Assembly (NCBI GenBank): GCA_012295275.1 | Contig: CM022676.1 | Coordinates: forward strand, 1,488,001-1,552,000 | Direction: 5' to 3' | From: Chrysomallon squamiferum | Lineage: Eukaryota; Animalia; Mollusca | DNA: 64,000 bases | Shown: positions 13,312 to 26,558 of the stretch, in pieces | How positions within the stretch are numbered: position 1 is the first letter of the stretch | Layout of the letters: every line of letters starts with the position of its first letter | Translations under genes and position numbers: made by a program | Notes under the pieces: model-generated | Databases searched by the model: none | The model's input: the letters and a program-made list of their open reading frames with translations, nothing else | Told to the model about the DNA's origin: nothing

Positions 13312-13364
13312 GTAATTGCACTTTTGTGCTGGGGTGTCGTTCGTTCATTCGGTAATTGCACTTT
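13312..13364 (+). mobile_element. Extremely 5'-truncated retroposon (SINE/LINE 3' tail) with a 13-bp TSD
   Basis: GTAATTGCACTTT (13312-13324 and 13352-13364) flanks the 27-nt TGTGCTGGGGTGTCGTTCGTTCATTCG, which is CpG-rich in a CpG-poor region and ends in a (CATT)-like tail. Confidence 0.7.
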
Positions 13365-15413
13365 AAACTGAAAAAAACATCTGTAAATCAACCATATTTC
13401 TCTGCTGTATGACACGTTACATGAATATGAAAATAAATGTTTGTTTTGTAAAGTCATTTCTTTTATATACAATCCTTTTAAAAAAAACTATTCATATAAA
13501 TAAACATACATATACGCTTGAATTACTGCTGAAATTTAGATTTAAATTGTCTTTTCTTTCATATTCTGATATCACCAGCTTGATTACATTATTCTGAAGA
13601 TTTTATCTAAATAAATAGATAACAGTATTTCTTGTATAGAAAGATTTCTACATGGAAAAATATGAAATGATGAAAAAATACCATCATCGTAAAAAAAAGT
13701 TTTCTGATGAACAAACATCATTTTGTAATACTACTGGAAATTTAATATTGGTACATCTATATAACTGATTATATCCAAATAATGTAATAATCAACAAATA
13801 TAAAAATTTGAAGAAAAAAAAACAGATTGAGGATCCCGTATCCAAAATCTGAAGGACCAGAAATTCCAAAACATTTTGCAACAAGCTGAAATGATGATAT
13901 TTTAGTTTTTGGATGGTTTAGCATCTACAAACTTTATTTCATAAAAAATATACAAAAGTTATTCAGACTTGCTGTATAATCTGTGTAAGAAATGGAATTT
14001 TTTGTGGCTTAAATTGTTTTCTGGTTATAAAAAATGAAAAAAACACTTCTGTTTCCAAATATTTCAGATAGGGGATCCTCAAAGAAACTTTTTATACTAT
14101 TAATTCATAAAAGAGATAAACTATTTCTAAATATACATTCCTTAAAAAACAATCTCTTCAAAACAACAGTTATGTTTGAAATGGAAACACAATTTCAGTG
14201 GGTATAATGGCACAATACGGTTTCTTGCTTTGCAAGTTCTGTGATCAAAATAGTAACTAACAAAATATTTTTAAAATATTTGTTTAACGACATCTTTAAA
14301 TTAAGTATGGAGTTTAAAATGTGTGGCCAAAGGCAGTAACAGAAATTCTAAGTTTGTGTTTCTAAACATGATATTTTTCATATTTTTAAAAAAAAACCTT
14401 TTCAAAGAAACATCTGTTTAATATATCTTTTTTAAATTATAATAACATGAAATATTAAAAACTTTTAACCTTTCCCCAAATTAGCACCAGTTTAGAGTAA
14501 GGGAGATAACTACTATTTTGCCAGATTAAACACATCTAGACAGTTTCTGATTTTAATTTAATAGAATTCATTGAAAAAATCTTCATGTTCCACTTTTATC
14601 TCCTTATTTATAATTTAATACTTGCTATTCCATTTCAATGGTTATTTTCTAAATATTTATACTGCATTACTTTGTTTCAATAATGTCAATTATCTATGAA
14701 TTATTAACTTTGTTTTCCTATCAGTTGCTAGCATTCTCCCTAATAAACAAATAAATAAATAGAACATTTTCTGACATGATACTTAACTCTGTGGAAGGCA
14801 GAAATGTTTTTAAAAAGGCACATGTTAAACAATGTAATGAAAAATAAATTGACTATTTTTTAAAAATATATTTAAAAAATACAAAACCATTTAAGCTCAT
14901 TTGCATAACATGTACAGGCACTACAAAATACATTATACCAAAAAAGACATAAAAATAATTCAAGTACATCTCATTAAGTATGAAAATATTTTTCCAAGTA
15001 ATTTGCTCAAGTTGATAATAAATTCAAAATATATACATTTCTTGTTCAGATGTAGAACATACACAAGCATCATTTTAACATAAACAGCACTTTAATCAAA
15101 AGCTGTCTCCCTTGTTTATAATTTCAATCTCATCACCTAAGGGTCAAGACAGACATGTTGCAACAAAAATATCTTCCTTGTGAAATTTAACAAACTCAAA
15201 TTTCTTTTCTTTGCTAATTTTTCTCCAAGTTTTCAAATTTCAAAGAAATCTCCAATCAAAAGTCGATGACCATTAGCATTGATTTCCGGAGAAAACTTGC
15301 ATAAAAAAAACATGAAATGAACATTCATTTTTTTTTCTTCTTTTTTTTTGACTTCTGTGGAACCAAAAATTTGTTTCATAACAATTTGAGTCCTGGTTTC
15401 TATGGCAGTTATT

Positions 15414-15757
15414 TCAATCATCATCCTTGTCTTTTTGTGGCTTAATATCACATGCTTCAAACAGTTCTTCTGGCGTGTATCCCAGAAGGCTTTGCAGGTC
15501 ACAGACAAACCTGTACACATACCGCTTGCCTGCTGTCTTGTGAATGATGTTTTTGTCGTAGTAGTAGCGCAGACCACGACTCAACTTTTCATAGTTCATT
15601 TTTGGTTTGTTTTTGCGGATGCCCCACCGACGGGCCACTTCGTCTGGGTCAGACAGCTTGAACTCCCACCCATCCCCCGTCCAGCTGATGAAATGCTGAC
15701 ACGTTTTGTCAGTTAACAGTTCCAGCAGAAACTGCCACAGCTGAATTGGTCCACTTC
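15414..15757 (-). CDS. ETS1: Ets1/Pointed-type transcription factor, last coding exon: ETS DNA-binding domain
   Basis: [99 protein letters not shown] is near-identical to the ETS1/ETS2/Pointed domain; acceptor tttacag|GA, stop TGA. Confidence 0.97.
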
Positions 15758-15939
15758 CTGTAAATAAAAGAAAGTATTTTTTAAACAACAGTGTCTGTGT
15801 GAAAACATCAAAAGAAAATAATTACAAAAAAGGAAACTATACTTTTGCTAAATTTATACCAAATTATTCTTCATTTTTCCTTTTTATCTCAATTAATATA
15901 ATAATTGTTTTAATATAAAAATGTTATTTACTAGTGTAC

Positions 15940-16188
15940 CTGAATAACCTGCAAGTGCAGCAGCTTGGATCATTGGTTTGCCTTGATCTGTTGTGCCATT
16001 TTCTGGAAGTGCCTGGAATCGTGGGCCGGTCATACCTGGCCGGAGATCAGCTCCTGGCCAACTGTCACTCAGCTCCTGTCCATACTCCTGAGTGGACCAA
16101 GGAATTTCTGTCTTAATGCTGGGCACTGTCTGGTATGACTGCTGGTCATAGTAGCTGTCCCTGGGGGGTGTATCTGCCATGTACTGAC
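15940..16188 (-). CDS. ETS1: Ets coding exon 8 (ends KPMIQAAALAGYS, the inhibitory-helix region)
   Basis: Acceptor aattaag|GT, donor G|gtacac; 249 nt, phase 1-1; resembles ETS1 KPVIPAAALAGYTG. Confidence 0.9.
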
Positions 16189-17070
16189 CTTAATTCAACA
16201 AAAGGAATTTAATTTAAAATGTTGCTGTTGCTATTATTATCATTACAACGACTACTACAACTACTCCACTATTATTAGTAGTAGTACTACTGTTACTATT
16301 ATTGTTGTTATTGTTATTATTATATTTTTGAAAACAATATCAGATTAATATTTCTAAACTCCAATTTAAATTAATTTTAATGTGAAAAACATTATTGTGG
16401 TTTTATATTTTTATTAAAAAAATTCAAACGCGGTTTATGAAAAATAATGCTGTCTTTGAACATAATATAAAATACATATGCTGCATTTTTTACTGCTTGG
16501 TATTGCAATATTTTTATTTTATTTTATTACATGTTTAAACTTTGTTTATATTCCTTCCCTCATATCCAAATATAATAATCTATTCATCACTTCAAAGCCA
16601 AAAAAAAAAAATAAAAAAAAATAATAATAATAAAATCTGTGTATACAAATAATTTATTTTTGAACTTGACTAACTTTGACCATCTTAAGAACATGCCAAC
16701 AATTGCCTTTGACCTTTCAAAGATTCAACTGACCAATCAGAAATCACAATAGATAATCATACTAAGCTGGAAACGATTATGATAGAGACTAAATGTCTCC
16801 TGGCTGGGATCAAAGACTAAATGATCATTTGATTTGTTGGGTGGTCAAAAAACAGTGAAACTGTTTATTTTTGTTTCCCAGTGAAAGAAATATTAAACAT
16901 TTTCTGACAATTTGTTATTTGTACAACGATTATTTAGGGTATTTAAAAACAGTGACTGTTGTTTTAATTTCTACAGGTGGTAAAGATTTCAGAAGACAAA
17001 AAGAAAGAAAGTTTTTATTTCTGCTTTAGAAAACATTAAAAATATACAATAAACTTGTTTCTTTCTTTCA

Positions 17071-18666
<1,596 letters not shown>

Positions 18667-19526
18667 CCTAAAACTTTCAACCATGTAAGCTTTTTTTCAC
18701 ATTCAGGCTAGTTATAATTAAAGACAGATTCAGTAGGTCAGTTGAGGAGGAAAATAAGCAGGTGAAAAACAAAATGGCAGTGAGCCAAGTTCCTGTCAGC
18801 ACTAAACTGTATATAATCAAAGTAATAAATTTTTCTTAACTGCCAAGTTTTGTTCAAACCAATTTACAAAGTTTGTTAAAGAGTGAGATTTTTGTTTTTA
18901 TTTTAATATTTTCTGAGATGTTCACAACAGATGTCTTCTTTCTACTAGAAATTTACTATAATGTGCATTCCAAAATGAAAGCTTTTATTAAATTATTTTT
19001 CACTTTCTTTTTTGTTGTTGTTGTCATCATTACTATTATTACTATTGCTATTTTATGTTCTAGATAATTGAGGTGATTTTTTTTTTTTTGATTTATTGTG
19101 GTAATATAAAATAATATTAATTTTATTACTGTTTATGCTAATAAAAAATATAGTTTTCTTATAGTTATTCTTTATTAAATTTTTTCAAATTAAAATATTT
19201 ATAACTTTTATATTAAATAATAAATATGAGACATTAATTTCAGCAATAAAAATGTTTAATACTTCTAAAATTAAATATCATAATAAAAATGTATTGATAA
19301 TTCTTAAACAAATTCTTTATTTATAGTCTCTAAATTAAAAATAAATAGACAAATATTAATTTTTTGCCAAGCAGTTTTAATGCAAAAATATTCCCAAACA
19401 AAGTAAAATTGACTATAAAATTAAGTTGTGCTTTCAGAGTTTCTTTTATAAAAAATGACAGTAAAACTAAATATTACAAATCTGTATATTACAGACATAA
19501 ATGTTCCCTCAAAGCTTGTCTCTTAC

Positions 19527-19721
19527 CTCGACTACACATGTTCTTGTTGTGAAGATGGGGACAAAACTTTTGTTCTGGGATCATGGAATAGAAATCCGTT
19601 GGACTCTGATCATAGTAAGGTGTGTGTTCGAGATTCTGGTAGTCAGAAGCATCATCGAAACTTGGGTTGTTACTGCTCATGTCTGTCAAAGTCTGAATCG
19701 ATTCGGAGATTGGGTATGAAC
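19527..19721 (-). CDS. ETS1: Ets coding exon 7 (GSYPISESIQTL...NMCSR)
   Basis: Acceptor tcttcag|GT, donor G|gtaaga; 195 nt, phase 1-1, open. Confidence 0.85.
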
Positions 19722-19884
19722 CTGAAGATAAAAAACATTTAGAAAAATATAATATGTAAATATGTTCAGAATGAGAAGTAAGTGTTTTCACTTTCTTGTA
19801 GTTTCCTTGCATTTTAATATATCCTTGTACTTCACATGTATTTAGACTATAACATGAAATTAAATATATTTTTTGAATACTGAC

Positions 19885-19947
19885 CTTCAATATAATTCTG
19901 ACTGGCAGACACAGGGGGAGAAATGTTTGAATCAGAACCACTGTAAC
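19885..19947 (-). CDS. ETS1: Ets coding exon 6 (63 nt; SYSGSDSNISPPVSASQNYIE)
   Basis: Acceptor ttttacag|GT, donor G|gtcagt; phase 1-1, open; this reading frame is not in the ORF track. Confidence 0.75.
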
Positions 19948-19983
19948 CTGTAAAATAAAAATAAAATACAATGTATGTGTACA

Positions 19984-20018
<35 letters not shown>

Positions 20019-20458
20019 CTGTACAAATGGGTAACATGAAAGTGAAAAAAAAAAATTAAATTTAAGATTAAATCATTTTTAAAAAAGAAATGATTAATAG
20101 TGACATTTAATATTTAGACAGATGTCTCTCACATACACAACACAGACGCAGAAAGAAAAACAACTAGATAAAGAATTTAAGTAAAATAAAAATTTGAATT
20201 AATAAATAAAAATTACTGACATAAATAAATAAAATACATATAACATAAAAATAAAGAATAAACATAACAAATAATTTTTTTTTCTTTTTCCCACCCCATC
20301 GTCTATACATTTTTTCAAAAATGATCTCATTTATTCTTTCTATTTTAAATAATAGAAAATAATAAACATAACAGAGATATATATAGAAAGTATTACTCTG
20401 TATAAATAACAATAAATAGAAAATAATAAACATAGAGAGATATAGAAAGCAGTATTAC

Positions 20459-20560
20459 TCTGCTGACTCTGCAAGTATCGCTCTCCGAATTCAGGACCAC
20501 AGACTGTCTCACTGTAGTTTTGCGGAACGTTACACAACAACGACTGCTCATGGACAACAT
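20459..20560 (-). CDS. ETS1: Ets coding exon 5 (DVVHEQSLLCNVPQNYSETVCGPEFGERYLQSQQ)
   Basis: Acceptor ttttcag|AT, donor A|gtaata; 102 nt, phase 1-1. Confidence 0.8.
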
Positions 20561-21548
20561 CTGAAAATATTTAATATTGATAATAAACTTTTAAAAAACA
20601 CCCAAAAACATCATCTATGTTGATTAATGAACTGGTTTGTTTAAAATTAAATCTGACAACCTATTGCATTTAAAAAGTACATATTTAAGTGACTTTCTTT
20701 CTAATATTATTATTAGTAGTTGTATTACTGCTACTACTACTAATAGTAGCCATAGTAAACAGTCAAAGTAGTAATACTAGCATTAGTAATAGTGATAGTT
20801 AGAAGCTGCTGTAGTAATAGTAGTATTAGTAGAAATAGTAATATCTGATTTCTAACATTTTGATATTATTAGAATTTATTATTTATTATATATATACTGC
20901 TGTCATTATCATAATCACATCATTATTGGTATTATCAGTTATTATTGCTGTTCTCATTAGTGCAGTCATTTGTATCATCATCATCATCATCATCATCATC
21001 AGTGTTGTTGCTGTTGTTGCTGATGTACTTATTATACTAGTTACCCAGTTTTCTAATTCAATATTCATTAGCCAATTTAAATTTTCAAAATGTGTTTCTC
21101 AAACTGCCCCAGGCTGAAATGTCCAATGTTTAGTGCCGGTGCTTGACTTGTACGTTTCTAATTTTGAATTAATAACAGTCTGCTGCAGGCTCATTTCTCA
21201 GATTAAAGACACTTCGTGTGCTTTTTGTTTTATTATTAGGTTTTTTTGTAATCAGTAGACTGGATGATCAACATACAAAAACTCAATTTAGAATTTGTAA
21301 AAACATCATCAACATATACAAAAAATACAAATACCAACGCCCATGAAGAAGACAACAACATTAATCCAAACAAAATCACACAACTCCTTTCTTGCTCACA
21401 GAATCTCTTTCTCTCTCTCCATTTAACACTGAGATATGAAAAGAGTGCATATGAAAAATCACTTACACATAAACATACACACCCCACAAATATATATATA
21501 TATATTAAATCAAACTGCTTTGAACTAAGAATAAATTGGGCAAGTTAC

Positions 21549-21749
21549 CTTTCTGTAAAATATCAAGATGTTCCCACAGAATGTCACCAACAAATGGTGG
21601 ACAGCGTCCGAGGAATTCCTCCTTCTCCATTTTACACAGGTCAGCCCCCTTAACCGCGAAATTAGACATGTTGATCCCCTCCAGACTGAACTCCTGCACT
21701 GCCCACGTCAGCCACTGCACCACATGCAACTGTGACCACTGGTGTGGGT
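21549..21749 (-). CDS. ETS1: Ets coding exon 4: PNT/SAM (Pointed) domain
   Basis: DPHQWSQLHVVQWLTWAVQEFSLEGINMSNFAVKGADLCKMEKEEFLGRCPPFVGDILWEHLDILQK matches the ETS1 PNT domain; 201 nt, phase 1-1, canonical sites. Confidence 0.95.
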
Positions 21750-24368
21750 CTGAAATAACAAAATATAAACATTAACACATTTATCAATAACAGTAAGAAA
21801 AAATATTATCAAAGTCTGAGTGATTGCTATTCCATGAGTCCACAACAAAAGTTTTGCTCCATCTTCACAACCTGAATATGTGTAGTTAATGACAGACAGG
21901 TTAGTTCATAAAATAAAATAAAATCAAATAAAATATTTAACTTGGTTTACTACTATTTATTAAAGAGTAGTAAACCATCATAATTATGGATTGACACTTC
22001 ATGGCTATTCTTAACTGTTACATTTATATTTTAGAATAAATTGTGTGATTATAAATATTGTAAGAAAGTCATGATTTTCTTGTTCAGTCTTAAATTTTTA
22101 TTAATCCTATTAACATTATTATTGTTGTTGTTGTTTTTGTTGTAACAATCATCTGTTTATTTCTGGAAGTATTCAGCAACCTTAAATTTTTAATTTTTGT
22201 TTAATTAATTCTATTTCCCAGTATTTATTACTATTCAGATGAAGAAAATAATAATGATAATAACAACAATGAAAATAATCATGTTGATGATTATAAGGAC
22301 TATAATAATTATGATGATGATAATTATTGCTTAGAAATTTATTTTTAAATTTATTTTTACTTTTAAGAATCCAAAATCATAAAAGAAAAACTAGCAGTAT
22401 TTTGTACACAAATAAGTAAATTACAAAATTTCACAAGTGGGACAAATCAGTTTTGTACTAATATACAAAGTAAAGATCACAAAGTGAAATTTCCCTGACT
22501 TAACCCATCAATCAATGTGTGATAGCTGCCCACAGGCAATATTCACTTAGTGGTGACACAGGCCCCAGCCCCGGGTGTCAACACTAATTACAATCTGTAG
22601 ACCTAACACACTTCAAACATAAACAACTTCACTTTTATTAAACAAATATTTATTATTTTCATTAGTATCATCAATATCCTACAACTACACTTACCCTAAT
22701 CATCATCTTCATTATCATTCATTATTGTTATTATTAACATTAGCATCATCATCATCATTATTACTACAAACACACTTTAGAAAATAAAAATGAATAAATT
22801 CTTTTTTCACGCTGCACATAAATTTAGTTCTATTTTACCTCAAGTATACTTATTTAAATATTTTTTTACACATTTAAATATTTCTCTGTACGAGATATTA
22901 ATAATTTAACTGTTTTACATTTTCACACAGAAAAGCAATACTATGTGTGAATATATAAATAAATAAACTGATATATGTATGGATGGCTGACAAATAAAGG
23001 AATAAACAGATGAATTATATATATATAAATGTATAATTACATAACTGAATGAACACATGTTAGATGGATGGATTGATGAATTATATAGACAAATTACACG
23101 CACACATACACGTATAATTTGTCTATATAATTCATTTATATATAAATAAATAATGGATGTATTATATAATAAATGAATAATCAGATGATTGAATAATAAA
23201 TTAGATTAACATATTAACTAAAAGATAAATAATAAATAACTCACTGAAAAACTGAAATAATATTTACTTTATCAGTCTCATCATATTTTAATACTAATAA
23301 TCATTAATCATATATTTTATGACAGTTTGAGAAACAAAAACAATCTATGCATGGGTACATTATCTTTTTTTTCATCAGCTAATCTGACAGATCAATCATG
23401 GATGTAAACATTAAAAAGGTTTGTTCCTATTGTATAAATCTACTGACCTAACCAACAACAGAGGAGTAACAATAACAACAAAACAACAATAATAAATATT
23501 TATCTTAATGAAATAAGGACAATAGTGATAAACAAAAAAGGCAATTAAGATAATATGATGAAAATATTAATAAAATAATAATATTAATCATAATAATAAT
23601 AATGAAAATGAAAATAAAAATAACGATAATAAAAAATAAATAAGTGAACATATAATAACAACAAAAATATATAATTACAATAACAATAAATTAACTCTTA
23701 AGGAAGAAATCTAACACACACACACAAACACACATACACACACACACACACAAACTGATAATCATAGCAAACATCAAACATTTGGTTTAAATTTCAGTAA
23801 ATGCTGTAATATTGAAACAAACACTGCACTTCCGTGGTGCAAGTGATGCATGTCACAAGGTGAGCGATAAACACACCTGTCAGGTAAATTCTGATCACCT
23901 CAACACATGTGGGAAATCATGGAAAGTTGTTTCATTTACTGTAAGAACAGGTATAAATTTTCACCTCTTCTTATGACATAACAGTCACAGGTGGCAATAT
24001 CCAAATTTCAATTAGAAAAATTATTTGATGTTGGTTTTTGCCACTTGTTTAATGATGCAACACAATATTTTTTCACCATGAAAATGAGAAGACGAAATTA
24101 TTCTGATTAAAACCAAATATACATCAGATGTTTTTTATTGTACCTTCATTTTTACAAGTGCTAAACTGTTAATCAGATAAACTGTACAAAAATATTAATA
24201 TTGATCTGACACTTAATATTACATTTTAAATAATTATATATTAGCAGTAAATTAGATTTTTAGGAAAACAAACATTTTTTCTCAAGGTACAATTGAAAAT
24301 TCATTTATTATCAATTTTAGCGCGCGCGTGTGTGTGTGTGTGTGTGTGTATGTGTGTGTTTTTCTTAC

Positions 24369-24491
24369 CTTTTGGGATGTTCAATCGGCTCTGCTCTTTC
24401 TCAAAAGCTTTAAAACTCTCCAAGAGAGCCTGCGACATTTTCTGTGTTGTTCCTGGGGTGAGAGGGGGCACTCCCTGGGTAGAAGGCAAAT
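24369..24491 (-). CDS. ETS1: Ets coding exon 3: MAPK site PLTP plus N-terminal PNT helix
   Basis: DLPSTQGVPPLTPGTTQKMSQALLESFKAFEKEQSRLNIPK (compare ETS1 [34 protein letters not shown]); 123 nt, phase 1-1. Confidence 0.95.
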
Positions 24492-26437
24492 CTGAAATAC
24501 ATTAATCAGTTTTTATTATTATTATTATGCACTTATTATCAACATAAAAGACCTTGTAGCAAATGTTCATTGCTATAATCAGTGAGCTTTTAGCAAAAAG
24601 AACATTTTATAATGCACCTTCTCATTGAAAAAGAAAGACAATGTCACAACTGGTTTATCTAAAGTTTTGCTTTATACCTATGGGACATTGTACACAAAAC
24701 AATCATTATAGCTAAAAAAAATAAAAAAAGACAACCCAGGCTGTGGAGTTTTGTCTGTTCTTGCTTGTATCAAAAAAATAAAATGTACTTAGAGAGAGGG
24801 GTGAGGGGGTAAGAGAGAGAATGTTTTATAACTGTTAATTCATTTATTCATTATTGGTGAATAACAGATCAAAACCAGTTTTTATTGGTATGAGTTTGTT
24901 TGAAGGTTGTAACTGACAGTGTAGATGTTAAAACTCATCAAGCGCACTCTAATTAGTTCTGCCAGACAGAAACACATGTACGTAAGTGTGAGAAACTGTG
25001 TGTAAGCAGTTTGCTTCGTTTTATAGCAGACAATCAGTTCTGGCATGTGTTTGTGTGGGGGTGTGTGTGCATATTTATGTGTGCTTGTGTGTGCATGGAG
25101 TGTGTATGGGGAATGTCTACAAGTAGGCGTGCTTTTATTTTAAAAATTGAAAGATTTTTGTTTTTGGCTATCATTCATTTAAAGAGGTATCAAAAATGTG
25201 TTTGTTCTTTTACAATATAATCAAAAATTTCAAAATACATGTTCTTTTATAATTAATAATATCAAACTTGTCTAACTGTATCCAGACCTTATATTTTTCT
25301 TACCTGAATCTACCTGTTTACCATGCCACTGTTTTCATTAAAATATTCATTCATCTTTTCTGTTGATAATTTTCCACTCTCTTTGTTTTGTTTCATTCAT
25401 CCACTCATTTATTCTTCCACCCATCCATTCATCACTCACTAAGTATTATTATTACAGAGATGCCAATTCTATGCTGGTAGGTGCTAAAGCTGTGTAAACA
25501 CTAAGTAACTTACTGAAACCTTTCAGTCTGTGAATAAGTTAAAAAAAAAAAAAAGTGGTCTGATGATAAAAGCAGACAGTGGGGGAACACATTCACTAAA
25601 TGTGGCTCTAATAACTGATCTCGTTTAACACATAAATGTTTATCCAGGGCTGCTTTCGGCCATGTTTGCCAAAGCAATCAAGCGAAGGTCTGACAGGCCC
25701 TGACTGAATCTCGTACAGCAGATGTACGTATCCAGCAGATAACTGCAAAACCACAGCGGCAGAGAGTATCTGCCACCAGACTCACACATCACACAGCATG
25801 CAACTTTACGCATTGTGGCATATACAGCTTACTAGTCACAGTTTACTGCATTAGGCTCACTATGTCATTATGAACTGTGGCATACTGGGGTTTTGTGTGA
25901 AAGCACAATATAAACTATAACATAACAGGGTTTAGTGTGAATGTATTGTATGTGTTTTTATAAACTGCAGAATAAACATTTTATAAATCATTAAAATTAT
26001 TTTGAACCGAATCACAAGAATATGCCACAAACAGATATGAACATTAGTTCATCACAAACAGTATAATTTATATATTATAATACATGATATTTTAATTAAT
26101 AATCAACTAAAAAGCAGCATTTGCCAAAACTTTGTTTTAAATAGATATATTCCTAGACCATTAATATTTATAGGATCGATGTCAGAGTTTTAGTTATGAA
26201 TAGGAATAAAGTCAGAGTCTGGGAGAAGTCTGTGATTAGAGAGTTAATTTTGGGTTAATCTTAAATATCTTTCTTTTATCCATTTTCAAATACAAAAGGA
26301 AATTTCAATTAAGTTGATAAAAATATTTCACACACACACACACACACATGATTTAAAATTGCAGAATATTTAATTTCATTTATAAAACCTGAAGAATTCA
26401 CTCCCACGCGTGAAGACTAAAACACTGTTGTGTTACA

Positions 26438-26558
26438 CAGAACTCAGTACTCCAACCTCAGTGTACTTGTCTTTATACTCAGAACTCAGTACTCCAACCT
26501 CAGTGTACTTGTCTTTATACTCAGAACTCAGTACTCCAACCTCAGTGTACTTGTCTTT
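26438..26558. repeat. Perfect 42-bp tandem repeat, ~2.9 copies
   Basis: CAGAACTCAGTACTCCAACCTCAGTGTACTTGTCTTTATACT starting at 26438, 26480 and 26522. Confidence 0.95.

Noticed and set aside
15402-15716. Antisense 104-aa ORF over the ETS exon, and similar antisense ORFs at 15934, 19455, 21536, 24293 and 59953
   Set aside because: Shadow ORFs of GC-richer coding exons; no recognisable protein features
16680-16830. CCAAT-containing patch as the promoter of a PntP1-like isoform lacking PNT
   Set aside because: No first exon with a convincing donor or CpG enrichment found
25290-25330. Minus-strand donor CAG|gtaaga with a nearby ATG as another first exon
   Set aside because: The ATG frame hits TAG before the donor; no phase-compatible ORF
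26438-26558. CRISPR-like repeat array
   Set aside because: Units are directly adjacent with no unique spacers; eukaryotic intron; no cas genes
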